Shown here in pieces: positions 10,141 through 20,020 of a stretch of 64,000 bases of DNA. Position 1 is the stretch's first letter. The number at the start of each line of letters is the position of its first letter. The DNA comes from an uncultured virus (IMG/VR IMGVR_UViG_3300027728_000010) (taxonomy: Duplodnaviria > Heunggongvirae > Uroviricota > Caudoviricetes): the IMG/VR virus record IMGVR_UViG_3300027728_000010. One strand, written 5' to 3'. A program made the position numbers and the translations under genes. Below the pieces are notes generated by a model. It saw only the letters and a list, made by a program, of their open reading frames with translations, did not search any database and was not told the origin of the DNA.

Positions 10141-10740
10141 TGGAAACTCTGGTGGGCGAGTGTTATTGTTCAAACAGTTCTCCGTCTGTTTGTTCCATTT
10201 TCTGATTGATATTTTCTCTTCTTTACCGTTAATCCTGTCTTCATTCACAAAAAAGTTTGCCATTTTAAAAATCTCATCCCAATCCTCCCTGTCTTCTTCG
10301 CTTTCAGGTTTTTCGTAAGGATTTAATATTGATTTACCTTCCTTTTCTCTTTTTTCATTTTCTAAATCCCAAAATTTTAAAATATCTTCGTCAATATCAC
10401 GTAATTGGTTACCATCATAAAATTTACCTGGTGGTATTTTTTCACATTCACCACTGTCCTTATTAAAATATTCGTCATCATCACAAATTTTTTCACAACC
10501 AAATCCTGGTACAAATACCTCATCATCAGGGTCACATGAACTACATTCTTCCGATGGATAACTCAAACGTTGACCTTCAGGGCAAGTTATACATTTATTT
10601 TTTTTGTAAGCCCAATAACAATTAGTACCGGTATCTCTTTTTTTATCGCACTCTTCTTCTGTTTTTGGGTCTTCTTCTTCTAATATTATACCCATCATTT
10701 TTTTTATGAGATACAATTCTTTTTCGAGTAAAAGTTTCAT
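10135..10740 (-). CDS. cysteine-rich repeat protein
   Basis: multiple CxxCxxG/D-type repeats. Confidence 0.65.
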   Translation of the reverse strand: MKLLLEKELYLIKKMMGIILEEEDPKTEEECDKKRDTGTNCYWAYKKNKCITCPEGQRLSYPSEECSSCDPDDEVFVPGFGCEKICDDDEYFNKDSGECEKIPPGKFYDGNQLRDIDEDILKFWDLENEKREKEGKSILNPYEKPESEEDREDWDEIFKMANFFVNEDRINGKEEKISIRKWNKQTENCLNNNTRPPEFPL

Positions 10741-10821
10741 AAATTATTCAATTTATTAGATAAATATATTACATAACATAAAACAAAGACTAAGTTCTAT
10801 TTTTACAAGGTATTCATTAAT

Positions 10822-10956
10822 ATGAAAATCATCATCACAGAAAATCAACTAAATTTTCTTATTTCAGAATCTGGTATTAGAAATATAAATGATTTAGTAA
10901 TTGATATGAGAAATAAATTTATTGATATTCTACAAAGAAAAATTGATAAAAATTAA
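10822..10956 (+). CDS. small protein with MKIIITENQ leader (44 aa)
   Basis: manual ORF; shares leader motif with six other ORFs. Confidence 0.55.
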   Translation: MKIIITENQLNFLISESGIRNINDLVIDMRNKFIDILQRKIDKN

Positions 10957-11309
10957 AATAAGGAAGTTTTAATTCTATCACCTTCTTTTATTCCCAATTC
11001 TTTACAAATACCCCCATCCAATTCTAAAACAATATTTCCAAATCCCTCAAACATTTCACAATTTTTTTGGTCATTACAAGGAGGGCAGTTATGATTAATT
11101 TTTGTTATTACATTTCCATCAATCATAATAATATCTAAAGGAATTAAACAATCGTACATCCAAAACGTTTGATTTTTTTTATCTGGCATCATAAACAACA
11201 TACCATCAAAATTACTATCAAACTTTTTACCCATCATACCTTTTTGAATGGACTCGGAGTTTGCCGCAACTTTACAATTAAAAACGTTATCGTTAACTAA
11301 AATTTTCAC
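10953..11309 (-). CDS. DUF192 family protein
   Basis: KGMMG..DGMLF..FWMYD.LIPLDII..VLELDGG...GIKEGD. Confidence 0.88.
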   Translation of the reverse strand: MKILVNDNVFNCKVAANSESIQKGMMGKKFDSNFDGMLFMMPDKKNQTFWMYDCLIPLDIIMIDGNVITKINHNCPPCNDQKNCEMFEGFGNIVLELDGGICKELGIKEGDRIKTSLF

Positions 11310-11414
11310 ATTATATAAATATTTGAAAAAAAATTTAAAAACAATAAAACTTTTGATGAAGTATAATATATTTATATTTATTACAAAAAAATCAAAAAAT
11401 TTTTATTGTTTTGT

Positions 11415-11445
11415 TTGACAAATCAGAATATTAGTTTTAAATTTG
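11415..11445 (+). promoter_or_regulatory. Bacteroidota-type promoter P1 (TTGACA...TAAATTTG)
   Basis: -33/-7 consensus; near-duplicate of P2 240 bp downstream. Confidence 0.7.
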
Positions 11446-11493
11446 TAAAACAATTGGGAAACGACCCTTTGTATAATTTGAAAAATTAAAATT

Positions 11494-11637
11494 ATGAGTG
11501 AAGATTTAATCATCACTACAGAGATTTTTTTTTACTTTGATGATAAAGGAAGAAAACTTTATACTTCAAATGAAGTCTTTGCAAGTGTAAGAGCTAAATT
11601 CTATGGAACTATAAAAGTTTTTGTAGAAAATGTTTAA
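11494..11637 (+). CDS. small hypothetical protein (47 aa)
   Basis: manual ORF between P1 and P2 with A-rich initiation region. Confidence 0.5.
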   Translation: MSEDLIITTEIFFYFDDKGRKLYTSNEVFASVRAKFYGTIKVFVENV

Positions 11638-11654
11638 AAAAGTTCACAAATTAC

Positions 11655-11685
11655 TTGACAGATTGAAATAAATGTCTTAAATTTG
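11655..11685 (+). promoter_or_regulatory. Bacteroidota-type promoter P2 upstream of large ncRNA
   Basis: TTGACA-N17-TAAATTTG. Confidence 0.7.
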
Positions 11686-11879
11686 TAAAACAAATCGGAA
11701 ACGTCCGAAATAAAAAATTGAAATATTGATGATTAAAACAGTCTAGGTCCGTAGGGCTACTGTTGTATGTGAGGAAAGTGACTACGGGACAAACATTTAA
11801 CTGTATGAAACAAAGCAGAAGTCCTTCACATTTAAAGTGTAAGTGTAACATATTACCGCAATAGTTATATCATTAATTC

Positions 11880-11890
11880 GTTCTTTGAAA
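11880..11890 (+). promoter_or_regulatory. boxA-like antitermination element (GTTCTTTGAAA)
   Basis: resembles rRNA-leader boxA; recurs at 18557 and 22548. Confidence 0.55.
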
Positions 11891-11929
11891 TTCTAACGAA
11901 CAAATTGTTCATATAAAATTTGAAATAAA

Positions 11930-12790
11930 AGATTAACCCCCTTTTCTTTAAAGTTTATGAAACGAAGAGTTCAATGGGCCGTGTATGGTCCATTAAAATA
12001 AACCACGAAAGTGGGATAAAGTGAATCATTTGTGTTAGATGGTTTGCGTCTTGGTTGTCTTTGGACAATCGAGGTCGAGTACACAAGCGGGATACCGTTT
12101 AACCTTTAGTACCGAGGGCAACGCTGTAGGGAAAGTGGTTAGGTGATTAGGCGATGTGGGTCGTCTGTTTGAGGTGGGAACACCAATAGGAATAACCCGT
12201 AGGAATATTTGCAAAACATGAAGTTATCCAATTTCATTATTGCGTTTTCCAATATTAAAGGATACTTAAAACCGAAAGGTATGTTAAAGTACGAGTGGTG
12301 TCGTTATTAACCTTGATTAACCTCTACCAAGAGGTCTATCACGAAGTAGTCTTGAAATATGGAGGTAGGGATATCTCACGGAGTAGTTGAGTATTGACTT
12401 GTTCAAAAGATAGGTCATCTCGGGTGGCGGACCACTACTTCGACAATCCACAACACAAAAACTTATTATTATGATTAATAACAATTAAAAATAAATTAAG
12501 GAAAAGTGTCCGTCAGGTTTGGATGAAAGGTGACTACATAGTAATGAGCCGTTCATTGCACACGAAGGCCCCAAGCTGACGTGTAATTATCCAAAAAACC
12601 TTTAGTCCCGCAAGGACGAATTGGGGAGGCATCCTCAAAAAGAGTCAAGTAAGATGAGAGTAATTCAAACCTCAAGGAGTGGTAAACCTAAAAGACCGTC
12701 ACTGAGAAATACTTTCCAAAAGAAAGTGGATAGGAGTAGAAACAATAATGACTCTAAAGGTTCTCACAACAAACGTGTAATCTCAGCGTT
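11930..12790 (+). ncRNA. large structured ncRNA, GOLLD-like (~850 nt); ends approximate
   Basis: GC-elevated, no credible ORF, many tetraloop hairpins (CCACGAAAGTGG, ACCGAAAGGT, GTCCCGCAAGGAC); size and tRNA-rich phage context fit GOLLD. Confidence 0.65.
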
Positions 12791-12820
12791 TTTTTTAATG
12801 GAGCCACCGGTAAAAAATTT

Positions 12821-12851
12821 GATGGATAAGTTTTTTCTTATCCATTTTTTT
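12821..12851 (+). terminator. intrinsic terminator after large ncRNA
   Basis: ATGGATAAG-N6-CTTATCCAT followed by T-run. Confidence 0.75.
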
Positions 12852-12883
12852 GTGCAATTAATTTTTTTTACTATATTTGTTGT

Positions 12884-13312
12884 ATGGAAAACAAATATAA
12901 AACAGGATACGCATTTAAAGACAAAGACATTAAGTTTATAAAAAATTATTGCAAAACCTTAGAAATAAAAACTAATGGTTATCCTCATACTTATAGGTAT
13001 ATTGATTCATGGGGAGTTTTAATAAATTCAACCATAAAAATTACTTCAATTAGAAAATACCAAAATGGTTACGCTTGGCATCAAAGAGAATTTGTTTATG
13101 AAGTTGATGTTGAAATTGATGTCAAAAATAGCCAGTATATGGAAGAATACGAACATTCCGGTTGGTATATCAGACAAGATTTTATTAATGGAGTCAAAAG
13201 AATGAACCGAAGATATAGGGATGCAATTACCACTTACATTCATAATGAATTGAAATATATGAATGTTTATGAAGACCTTACTGTATCAAAAATTAAATGG
13301 ATAATTGAATAA
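12884..13312 (+). CDS. hypothetical protein
   Basis: 142-aa ORF with TATATTTG promoter. Confidence 0.7.
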   Translation: MENKYKTGYAFKDKDIKFIKNYCKTLEIKTNGYPHTYRYIDSWGVLINSTIKITSIRKYQNGYAWHQREFVYEVDVEIDVKNSQYMEEYEHSGWYIRQDFINGVKRMNRRYRDAITTYIHNELKYMNVYEDLTVSKIKWIIE

Positions 13313-13355
13313 AAAATTTGGTTTATTAAAAAAAAACAATTACATTTGTAAACAT

Positions 13356-13622
13356 ATGGCAACAGTAAAAAACGTACTTCTTGTTCACCCAAAACACGGT
13401 GAAATTCTAAATGAAACTTTTGTGGATGAAATCCAGTTCAAAATATTTTTGAATATGGTTCATGCGTCCCTATCCTTGAAAGAAGATTTTACGACCTTCA
13501 ACGGCAAGGATTTTTTAATCCATATACCGTTTGCAATGTTAAAAGAATCGTTAATTTTGGGAACAAATAAAGAAGTATCAATGGCGGAAGTTGTTGTTGC
13601 TAAATCCAAGTTAGAGGGATAG
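13356..13622 (+). CDS. hypothetical protein
   Basis: ATG downstream of TACATTTG promoter. Confidence 0.65.
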   Translation: MATVKNVLLVHPKHGEILNETFVDEIQFKIFLNMVHASLSLKEDFTTFNGKDFLIHIPFAMLKESLILGTNKEVSMAEVVVAKSKLEG

Positions 13623-13735
13623 TTTCTTTGTTCTATAAAAACAAAGTGGTGGAGAGATGTTGACACGAACCGTGTTGACCCAAAATTAAGGTGAAGGAGA
13701 CTTCACCTTTTTTTGTTTATATGATATTTATAGGT

Positions 13736-14107
13736 ATGAGAAATATTAACTCAATTATAAAAAAAGTTTTGTTTGAAGAATTCATTCAGTCAAATATTAT
13801 TTATGAAGACATCTATGGTTCAGTTGAGCCTGTAAACTACCTACAAGAAGCCGAGTATCAAGGAAGAAAAGTTCAACTCGGTAAAATCATGCAAGGAGAC
13901 ATCAAGAAGTTCAAAGTGTATGTCAAAAACGACAAAGGAAAGGTTGTTAAAGTAAATTTTGGTTTTGGTGGTAAATCTGCAAAAGGAAAAAGAATGGTTA
14001 TTAAAAAGAACAATCCGGAAAGAAGACGTTCATTTAGGGCAAGACATAATTGTGATAACCCAGGCCCAAGATGGAAACCAAGATATTGGGCATGTAGAAC
14101 GTGGTAA
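13736..14107 (+). CDS. conserved basic viral protein (RRSFRARHNC...RYWACRTW)
   Basis: C-terminal motif recalled from large DNA viruses; IIKKVLFEE leader; TATTTATA upstream. Confidence 0.7.
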   Translation: MRNINSIIKKVLFEEFIQSNIIYEDIYGSVEPVNYLQEAEYQGRKVQLGKIMQGDIKKFKVYVKNDKGKVVKVNFGFGGKSAKGKRMVIKKNNPERRRSFRARHNCDNPGPRWKPRYWACRTW

Positions 14108-14128
14108 TAAAAATAAAAAAATGTAAAA

Positions 14129-14617
14129 ATGAAAAGTTACACTAAAATTAGAAAAATGCAAGAATCAAATAAACTTGTTGAAAAAAGATTTATTCAAGAA
14201 AGTTTTAATCGTTTTGAACAAACAACTATTAATGAAGGTATGTGGGATAGATTAAAAGCAAACACTGTTGGTTTTTTTAGTAGATTTAAAACATTTGGTC
14301 AAAACATTGGTGCAATTTTTTATGGCGGTGAAATGATGAGTCCGGCTTTAGAAGCTGCATATGCTAGAGTTAGAAATAGAGCAAAAAATATGCAAAAACA
14401 ATTAGTTGATTTAGAAAATGATTTAGCTTTATTATATGATGAGGCAAATAAAGAAAAACTTCAAAATAGAGTTAATAAGTTAAATAAAAAAAGAAGAGGA
14501 CAAGATATTGCCGATAGACTCGATAATTTAGAAAACGCCATGTATGCTTATTTACAAGCTATTGAACAAATGAAAGGAATAAACGAAGGATTCATTGAAA
14601 TTGTAAAATCTTATTAA
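14129..14617 (+). CDS. hypothetical coiled-coil protein
   Basis: 162-aa ORF. Confidence 0.7.
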   Translation: MKSYTKIRKMQESNKLVEKRFIQESFNRFEQTTINEGMWDRLKANTVGFFSRFKTFGQNIGAIFYGGEMMSPALEAAYARVRNRAKNMQKQLVDLENDLALLYDEANKEKLQNRVNKLNKKRRGQDIADRLDNLENAMYAYLQAIEQMKGINEGFIEIVKSY

Positions 14618-14618
14618 T

Positions 14619-14918
14619 ATGTCTAAAATTATAATCACAGAATCTCAATTAGAAAAAATCAAACAATCTCTTCATGAAAATCATGATGGAGGTTCTTATA
14701 TGGCAAAACAACAACTTTTCACAATTGCAACTTTGGCTCACAAAATGTGGGAAATGATGGAAGAAGGTGAACAGTTGGAAGATTGGATGGAAACAAAAAT
14801 TGCACAATCTGAACAATCCATTATATCTGTAGTTAAATCATTTATGTATGATGAAATGGAAGACAGAAAGAAAGGAATGGGTGGAATTGATTTGGATGGA
14901 TTAATTATTGGGATGTAA
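14619..14918 (+). CDS. hypothetical protein with IIITESQ leader
   Basis: 99-aa ORF. Confidence 0.7.
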   Translation: MSKIIITESQLEKIKQSLHENHDGGSYMAKQQLFTIATLAHKMWEMMEEGEQLEDWMETKIAQSEQSIISVVKSFMYDEMEDRKKGMGGIDLDGLIIGM

Positions 14919-15242
14919 TATGAAAAAGTTAAAATAAATTATAGTGGGTCAACCCAAAAATATAAGACAGGATTATAAAAATTTATAATATTTAATTGAA
15001 CCCTCCTTTTTTTAATTGGGGGGTTTGTTTTTTTATATAAGTTTCATATATTTGTTCTATGTATGTAATAATTAAACACGTTAAAACACATGAGGATAAA
15101 GTTTTTCCTGTAATTATGTTAGATACACAAGGTGAGGTTTGGGAATTCGACAACAAAGACAAGGCACAAGAGATGACCAACATCTTCAACACCAACTCAG
15201 ATTCAGGTCACAGATACGAAGTTAAAAAGGTTTAAATAATAT

Positions 15243-15315
15243 GGTCCCGTAGTGTAATGGATTAACATAAGGAGCTTCTACCTCTTTGATTCAGGTTCGA
15301 ATCCTGACGGGACTA
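15243..15315 (+). tRNA. tRNA-Arg(UCU)
   Basis: cloverleaf, loop CTTCTAC, T-loop TTCGAAT. Confidence 0.9.
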
Positions 15316-15355
15316 CTAATTTATAAATTATTTTCATAACAATATATTTATTATT

Positions 15356-15841
15356 ATGAAACTTAACGAACAAGTCAAAAGAATCAAAAACCTGATGTAT
15401 GAACAGGTTCAAAATGATATATCCTTTTTTGGCGAAATAAACGACCAATTTGGAAAAAGAATTGAACTTAGAACCCCTGATGGTGACCTTATTGGATATA
15501 TTCATTTAATATCCATGTCTAATGGACATGATTTAGATTATGACATTCCAAGACTCAATAACAAAGATGAATGGTGTGTTAAAAATTGTGATAAAGATTT
15601 TTTTAATGACAATAATTCTTCTTATCTTTATGACTTGTTTGTAATGGATAACTATAGAGGTCAGGGACACTCTAAAACACTTCTTGATACTGCACATAAC
15701 ACGGCCAAAGATTGTGGTTTAGATTACGTCACACTAATTACACACAGAGAAAACCATCCGGCTCAAAACTTGTATAAAAAGTACGGATATGACCTACATA
15801 GAACAGACGATACAAAAGATTTTTATTTTTATTCACTTTAA
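15356..15841 (+). CDS. GNAT acetyltransferase with LNEQVKRIKNLM leader
   Basis: LFVMDNYRGQGHSKTLL and NHPAQNLYKKYGY motifs. Confidence 0.88.
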   Translation: MKLNEQVKRIKNLMYEQVQNDISFFGEINDQFGKRIELRTPDGDLIGYIHLISMSNGHDLDYDIPRLNNKDEWCVKNCDKDFFNDNNSSYLYDLFVMDNYRGQGHSKTLLDTAHNTAKDCGLDYVTLITHRENHPAQNLYKKYGYDLHRTDDTKDFYFYSL

Positions 15842-16006
15842 TTTTTAATTTTTTATGGAAGACATTTTTGAACAACAACACTACGAGTTCATCAGCTCAG
15901 AAGATTATTTTCAATACATCAAAGAAATGTTTGAATACGAAGAAAAACTTGCTTTACAATCAGAAGAATAAGAATTATCCTTAGACTAAGGTTAATAGAT
16001 AATATA

Positions 16007-16075
16007 AGTCGTATAGCTCAGTTGGTAGAGCAATCCTTAATGGACGTGTCACAGGTTTGAATCCCGTTGCGACTT
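16007..16075 (+). tRNA. tRNA-like element/pseudo-tRNA with truncated anticodon arm
   Basis: acceptor AGTCGTA/TGCGACT, canonical D-arm, anticodon arm reduced to TCC-TTAAT-GGA. Confidence 0.6.
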
Positions 16076-16162
16076 ATCAAAATTAAAAAAGGTGATGGAA
16101 ACGACACCTTTTTTTTTGGTCTTATATTTATTATTAAATAATAAAAAAACAAAATACAAAAT

Positions 16163-16643
16163 TATGAAGTTTTTAATTTCGGAAGAAGAAAAAGGTAGAA
16201 TTTTGGAAATGCATAAAAATGCTACTTCAAAACAATATTTAATGGAACAAACTATAGCGAACACTCAAGCGGCATCATTTGTTAATGAATTTAATCGAGT
16301 TATGAAGGCTTATAAATTACCAACTTATGTTGCAAAATTCATTAAAGGTGCGGATGATTATCATGGTAATATTGTGATTTACAAAGACAGTAAAGAACTG
16401 GTTAAATCACCACAAGATTTTGGTATCGCGGTTACCGCAAATTTGTCAACAGGTGTACAACAAGAAAAGGACCCATTAGATAATTATGGTACAAAATTAG
16501 TCGATGGTAAACTTATACAATTTACAAATAGTTTAATAAATGTTTTAAATACTGCAGATGCGACTGTAAAAAACCAATTGGCTGCGGCAGTGAGGAGTGG
16601 AGTCGATGCGGTTAAAAAACAATTATCCCCAACACAAAAATAA
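16163..16643 (+). CDS. hypothetical protein with ISEEEKGRILEMH leader
   Basis: ATG at 16163 downstream of TATTTAT motif. Confidence 0.7.
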
Positions 16644-16679
16644 AAAATTTAACCCCATCTTTTCATGTGGGGTTTTTTA

Positions 16680-17096
16680 TTATATAGATTTCTCAAAATA
16701 ACATTTTGAAATCTTTTTAACTACGGTTTGGTAGTCCGAGAACCAATACCATAAAACGGTTTCATCTTTTGTGTTTATTATTAAACCATAATTAAAATCA
16801 CCCTCAAGGATTTTAACTTTTAAGGTATTATCACCATAATTTTCATATTCAATAGGTAAAACACTTATTTCTGACCCATCATACGAATAGGTTGATGTTT
16901 TTTGATTTAAATCCAAAACGTACTTTGTTTGTTCATTATTTATTTCATTAACATAGTCAGGGTTAGTAATGACCGAATCTAAAGTTGTCTTATGGTACGT
17001 GACCATTTCTTGTCTTTCAAACACATGGATTATAATTTTTTGAGAAAAAGTTAAACAACAAACTAAAGTTGCAATTGTTAAAAAAAGTGTTTTCAT
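16680..17096 (-). CDS. secreted protein (signal peptide)
   Basis: MKTLFLTIATLVCCLTFSQ Bacteroidota-type signal peptide ending before Gln. Confidence 0.7.
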   Translation of the reverse strand: MKTLFLTIATLVCCLTFSQKIIIHVFERQEMVTYHKTTLDSVITNPDYVNEINNEQTKYVLDLNQKTSTYSYDGSEISVLPIEYENYGDNTLKVKILEGDFNYGLIINTKDETVLWYWFSDYQTVVKKISKCYFEKSI

Positions 17097-17192
17097 TCTA
17101 TTTGTATTATTTTTACAAATATATACATAAAAATCAAACTAAAAAATTATTTAAAGTTTTTTTGATTTTAAAAATTTTTGTATCTTTGTGTT

Positions 17193-17690
17193 ATGAAAAA
17201 CGAACTACCATACGAAAAAACAGGAAACGCGATTAAAGGATATGTTGAATCTGTAATCGCTAAAAGTGAAAGCCGCGATTGTGTTGTAAGAGCTTTTGCA
17301 TCTTCATTCGATGTGTCTTATGATTTTGCACACAAATACGTTGCAGATGAGTTTGGAAGAAAACCAAGAAAAGGAACTTACGGTACTGTAGCTAAGCTTG
17401 TTAATATGGCCGATAAATTAATTAAAGTGAATGGTAAAAAAATCTGTCCTCTTGGTGTAAGACATAATGATTATATGTTAAGGTCACTGATGTATGACGT
17501 TACAGTGAAAGGTGTAACTAAAAAAAGAAACATGACTGTTGGGACATTTGTTAAACAAAACCCAAAAGGAACTTTTTTTGTATTAGTTAAAAGTCACGCT
17601 TTTACAATTAAAGATGGTATTGTAATTGGAAACCCTGAAGATGCAACTAAAACAAAACGACCTATGAGATGTGCATTTGAAATAAAATAA
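17193..17690 (+). CDS. hypothetical protein with DCVVRA...HAF motif (possible Cys-His hydrolase fold)
   Basis: ORF after TATCTTTG promoter. Confidence 0.6.
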   Translation: MKNELPYEKTGNAIKGYVESVIAKSESRDCVVRAFASSFDVSYDFAHKYVADEFGRKPRKGTYGTVAKLVNMADKLIKVNGKKICPLGVRHNDYMLRSLMYDVTVKGVTKKRNMTVGTFVKQNPKGTFFVLVKSHAFTIKDGIVIGNPEDATKTKRPMRCAFEIK

Positions 17691-17705
17691 ACTATTCAGT
17701 GATTC

Positions 17706-18191
17706 TTAATAGTTATTATTTTTAACTCTTTCTCTACCACTTGAAGCCGATAGTTCTCCACCAATAACACTTACTAAACTAGCAGCAATTAAGGCTGCTT
17801 GAAGGACTTCTTCGCCAGACATTTCACCCATAGTCGCTCCAATTATTGCCCCCAATGTGCCAAAAATACCATAGTTCATTAATTTTCTTTTGAGATATTG
17901 GTTTCTTGTTATTTCTTTTTTTCCACTAGAGTCACCGTAATCATAATATTTATATGATTCGTTTACATTTGAATCCATCGCCGATTCTATTTCTTTAGCA
18001 ATTTTGGGGTTCTTTTTAAAAAACGCAACTAACTCTTGAAATTCATCAATTTTTTCTAAATCCATTTTCAAAAAATTAGATTCAAGGTCCATTTCTTGAG
18101 AAGAAGAAATCCAATCTTCTTCATTTTCTTTGATAACTCGTCTAACAATACGAGCCAAATCGTTTTCAGTAAGTCTTATAATTCTTTTCAT
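17706..18191 (-). CDS. membrane protein with IIRLTENDL leader
   Basis: leader motif plus two C-terminal hydrophobic segments. Confidence 0.7.
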   Translation of the reverse strand: MKRIIRLTENDLARIVRRVIKENEEDWISSSQEMDLESNFLKMDLEKIDEFQELVAFFKKNPKIAKEIESAMDSNVNESYKYYDYGDSSGKKEITRNQYLKRKLMNYGIFGTLGAIIGATMGEMSGEEVLQAALIAASLVSVIGGELSASSGRERVKNNNY

Positions 18192-18288
18192 AATTTTTAT
18201 TTATAAATACTTGTTAAATTAAAAAAAGATTACTATATTTGTAAAGGATTTGAAACTTTTTAGAAACAACGATATATTTATAACGAAA

Positions 18289-18396
18289 ATGGAAAATACA
18301 CTCAGACATATGGTCATTTGTAACAAGCCGAGCAATCAGTGGTCGTTTAGCTATATTACGATTAATCAGTCGAGGGTAGTTTCACTTATGAGTTAA
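18289..18396 (+). CDS. putative attenuator leader peptide (35 aa)
   Basis: MENTLRHMVICNKPSNQWSFSYITINQSRVVSLMS; promoter motifs upstream, terminator downstream. Confidence 0.6.
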   Translation: MENTLRHMVICNKPSNQWSFSYITINQSRVVSLMS

Positions 18397-18426
18397 AAAC
18401 GTTTAACAACATAATAAAAGGAATGT

Positions 18427-18458
18427 AAAACCCGAGACTTAAAATCTCGGGTTTTTTT
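18427..18458 (+). terminator. intrinsic terminator (putative attenuator) before tRNA operon
   Basis: AAAACCCGAGA-cttaaaa-TCTCGGGTTTTTTT. Confidence 0.85.
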
Positions 18459-18472
18459 ATTCCCAAAAATTT

Positions 18473-18545
18473 GGTTCCTTAGTATAGTTTGGTAATACCC
18501 CGGCTTTGTAACCCGGAGTCGTCAGTTCGAACCTGACAGGAACCT
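18473..18545 (+). tRNA. tRNA-Thr(UGU)
   Basis: cloverleaf, loop TTTGTAA, C-C mismatch at base of anticodon stem. Confidence 0.85.
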
Positions 18546-18581
18546 CAAAAGAAAAAGTTCTTTGAAATATTGGCTTTATTT

Positions 18582-18652
18582 TGTTCCCTCGTCTAATGGA
18601 AGGACACGCGGTTTTGGTCCGTGGAATTGGGGTTCGAGTCCATGGGGAACAA
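18582..18652 (+). tRNA. tRNA-Gln(UUG)
   Basis: loop TTTTGGT; acceptor TGTTCCC/GGGAACA. Confidence 0.85.
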
Positions 18653-18658
18653 CAATAA

Positions 18659-18744
18659 GGAGAGATGGTAGAGTTGGTTTATTGCACCGGTCTTGAAAAC
18701 CGGAGAACTTCACGGTTCCGCGGGTTCGAATCCCGCTCTCTCCT
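18659..18744 (+). tRNA. tRNA-Ser(UGA)
   Basis: long variable arm, loop CTTGAAA. Confidence 0.92.
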
Positions 18745-18814
18745 CGAATCAATACAGAATGAATGATACGAATCCTCAAAGTTCGAAAGGAGTCAGGGTA
18801 TTGATTTTTTAACT

Positions 18815-18887
18815 AGGGTAGTTGACTAATTGGTAAGTCACCACGTTTGGGACGTGGACGATGTCGGTTCGAGTCCGGTCTACCCTA
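18815..18887 (+). tRNA. tRNA-Pro(UGG)
   Basis: loop TTTGGGA. Confidence 0.9.
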
Positions 18888-18959
18888 CTATAAATAAATA
18901 AACAAATAAAAAACAAGTATCATGGAAAGTGACAAGTATGACAAGAGTCGTAAATAGAA

Positions 18960-19030
18960 TCCCTCGAAGCTTTAAAGTGAAGCTTTCCGCTTTTAACGGA
19001 AAGAAGTCGGAGCGTTACCGTCCGGGGGAA
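18960..19030 (+). tRNA. tRNA-Lys(UUU), atypical T-loop AGCGTTA
   Basis: loop CTTTTAA; acceptor TCCCTCG/CGGGGGA. Confidence 0.8.
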
Positions 19031-19093
19031 CAAATTTTAAGTATTTTTTAAGTTTTATGTGTTTTTTAGGTTCGACTTGATATTTATTAATAA

Positions 19094-19726
19094 ATGGGAA
19101 TTATGAAAAATTGTATTAAATGTCAAAAAGAGTTTGAACCAAAAAAAGGTTTGATTAGTTATTGTTCTTTAATGTGCCGTAATAGTAGGGTGTGGTCAGA
19201 AAAAGATAAGGAAAAAAAATCTAAATCAAACAAAAATTCTGAAAAAGTTAAAGAAGCAAATAGAAAAAGACCTGATGGTTTTTGGAACCAAATCGCGGAA
19301 AAAAGAAAAGAAAACGATAAGATAAAAATTATCAATTCAAAATATGAAGATTTAAAATTCGAATCACTAAAAAAAAGGATTTACTATGAACAAGATGGTT
19401 CATGTAATAAATGTGAATTAAAAACTTGGATGGGGGTTGAAATTCCATTAGAGTTAGAACATAAGGACGGAAATCACTTTAATAACCAAAGAGAAAATTT
19501 AGAGTTACTTTGCCCAAATTGTCACGCATTGACTGACACATGGAGGGGTAGAAATAAAACAAAACAACTTAGAAATAAAATTTCAGATGAAAAACTTTTA
19601 AATGTCTTATTAATACATAATTGGAATATGAGACAAGCATTAATAGAAGTTGGTTTAGCGGCTAAAGGGGGAAATTATAATAGATGTCACAAGTTAAAAA
19701 AAGAATACCAAAATTTGAAGGATTAA
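19094..19726 (+). mobile_element. free-standing HNH homing endonuclease in tRNA cluster
   Basis: CNKC...PLELEHKDGNHFNNQRENLELLCPNCH. Confidence 0.88.
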
Positions 19727-19792
19727 AAATTTAGTAAAACTGAGCGATTTATACCAAAAAATGGTTATATTCGTAAAGAAAAACTAAAATAA

Positions 19793-19866
19793 GCACTCTT
19801 AGCTCAGTTGGTAGTAGCGGTTGTCTTACATACAACAGGTCACAGGTTCGAATCCTGTAGGGTGTA
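19793..19866 (+). tRNA. tRNA-Val(UAC)
   Basis: loop CTTACAT. Confidence 0.9.
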
Positions 19867-19928
19867 CGAGGAGACCGTTACTAATTCATAGTCCTTATGT
19901 GACGACGGAATCATAGAATTAGATTTTT

Positions 19929-20009
19929 GGGAGAGTTGAGCAATTGGTTGGCTCAGCAGACTGTAAATCTGTCGCGAAAGCCTTGGGGGTTCGAGTCCCT
20001 TCTCTCCCA
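19929..20009 (+). tRNA. tRNA-Tyr(GUA)
   Basis: loop CTGTAAA, variable arm. Confidence 0.9.
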
Positions 20010-20020
20010 CGAGTGAAAAA

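Noticed and set aside
11740..11860. RNase P RNA suggested by GAGGAAAGT
   Set aside because: Lacks GAGGAAAGTCC and the 3' P4 consensus; treated as leader of the large ncRNA.
12621..12941. 106-aa ORF in the track
   Set aside because: Overlaps the structured ncRNA and terminator; atypical composition.
18922..18957. Mini-ORF MESDKYDKSRK before tRNA-Lys
   Set aside because: Too short and no associated terminator; cannot be supported.
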